Positions 16,207 to 16,981 of a DNA stretch of 16,981 nucleotides are shown here, in pieces (position 1 is the first letter of the stretch; each line of letters starts with the position of its first letter). Under the pieces are notes generated by a model that worked only from the letters and a program-made list of their open reading frames with translations, was not told where the DNA came from and ran no database searches. A program made the translations under genes and the position numbers. The stretch is from Candidatus Asgardarchaeum abyssi (GTDB lineage Archaea > Asgardarchaeota > Asgardarchaeia > Asgardarchaeales > Asgardarchaeaceae): positions 1-16,981 of the forward strand of contig JBECUL010000047.1 of NCBI GenBank assembly GCA_040225955.1. The letters are read 5' to 3'.

Positions 16207-16806
16207 TTAAAGCAGTTTATCCTCTTTTGCCCATTCAATAAATTTTTTTATTAGTTTTTTATCGAGTCCTGTAACCTTAAGTTTAAGGATTAAATCATCC
16301 TCAGATATCTCCTTATTTTCCAAAAGAAAATGCCTAATTAAGTCATTTATTGTTTCTCTTCGTTCCCATGGGTATATTATCCATTTTGAGGTTACTGCGA
16401 CATGATAGTCTGGAACAAAGATAGTCCTCGGTTTGTAGTGCAAGGTTGCTGTTTTTATTATTTCTGGTTTTCTCTCAAGCAGATGTTCATAAGCCGCTTT
16501 AAGACTAACACCAGTATCTGAAACGTCATCACAGAGAAGGACTCGCTTATTTTCAATTCTTATATTAACAGGCTGCGAGACAATCGGCTTATCCATGGTT
16601 TTACCAACTTGTCTATAGAATCTAATTCTAACACTGCCAACAGAATCCACATCGAGTAAATCTGAGAGCATTCTTGCTACAACAAGACCCCCTCTAGAAA
16701 TTCCTATAATTACATCAGGAACAAAATTAGACGCCCTTATCTTTTCAGATAACTTTATAGCCATTTCATATGCTTCATCCCAACTAAGGGGTAAAAACTC
16801 AAGCAT
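16207..16806 (-). CDS. Type I phosphoribosyltransferase (purine salvage, HGPRT/XGPRT-like)
   Basis: LSW, PDVIIGISRGG, PRPP-binding loop VLLCDDVSDTGVSL, PDY and WIIYPWE. GGAGGA SD. Confidence 0.92.
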   Translation of the reverse strand: MLEFLPLSWDEAYEMAIKLSEKIRASNFVPDVIIGISRGGLVVARMLSDLLDVDSVGSVRIRFYRQVGKTMDKPIVSQPVNIRIENKRVLLCDDVSDTGVSLKAAYEHLLERKPEIIKTATLHYKPRTIFVPDYHVAVTSKWIIYPWERRETINDLIRHFLLENKEISEDDLILKLKVTGLDKKLIKKFIEWAKEDKLL

Positions 16807-16870
16807 TATTCAGTCCTCCTATTACACATTAATCTCAATATATAACAGATAAAAATATGTTTCTGAGATA

Positions 16871-16981
16871 TTATAGGCATGAAATAGATAAACTTGTATA
16901 ATTAAGCAGCAATAATGCAACACTGACCATGATTGTTAGAAATATAAACAAATAGTCTATTGGACGAATATGTAACTGATA
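16871..16981 (-). CDS. Partial CDS (3' end only), hydrophobic C-terminus, possibly EcfT/CbiQ-like
   Basis: Open frame from the window edge: YQLHIRPIDYLFIFLTIMVSVALLLLNYTSLSISCL*. The 'L...x.D + terminal TM helix' pattern recalls EcfT C-termini. Confidence 0.4.
   Translation of the reverse strand, partial: YQLHIRPIDYLFIFLTIMVSVALLLLNYTSLSISCL

Noticed and set aside
1-16981. CRISPR array, tRNA/rRNA genes, integrase or transposase
   Set aside because: No regularly spaced repeats, cloverleaf/T-loop motifs or recombinase ORFs were seen.

Overview
AT-rich, gene-dense archaeal chromosomal window with GGTGA/GGAGG Shine-Dalgarno motifs, an archaeal-type SAM synthetase, ABCE1/RLI and Cgi121. A eukaryote-like actin, a Rab-like small GTPase and a probable OST5/TMEM258 homologue point to an Asgard archaeon (inference). 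Most genes are housekeeping: MAT, RLI, isoaspartyl peptidase, ADP-forming acyl-CoA synthetase alpha subunit, moaD/moaA/moaC/moaE, comB-like phosphatase, TsaC/YrdC, a THUMP protein, Cgi121 and a phosphoribosyltransferase. Three things are not explained by the ORF track. (1) A ~200-nt multi-helix candidate ncRNA gene on the minus strand (6899-7098), with its own BRE/TATA promoter and oligo-U terminator, that I cannot match to any known RNA class. (2) A 99-bp MITE with 23-bp terminal inverted repeats and a perfect 8-bp target-site duplication immediately after the MAT stop codon. (3) A wHTH plus CARF-like regulator transcribed divergently from actin, with a 16-bp palindrome just upstream of the actin start codon. 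All assignments come from motif recognition by eye; no searches or folding programs were run.
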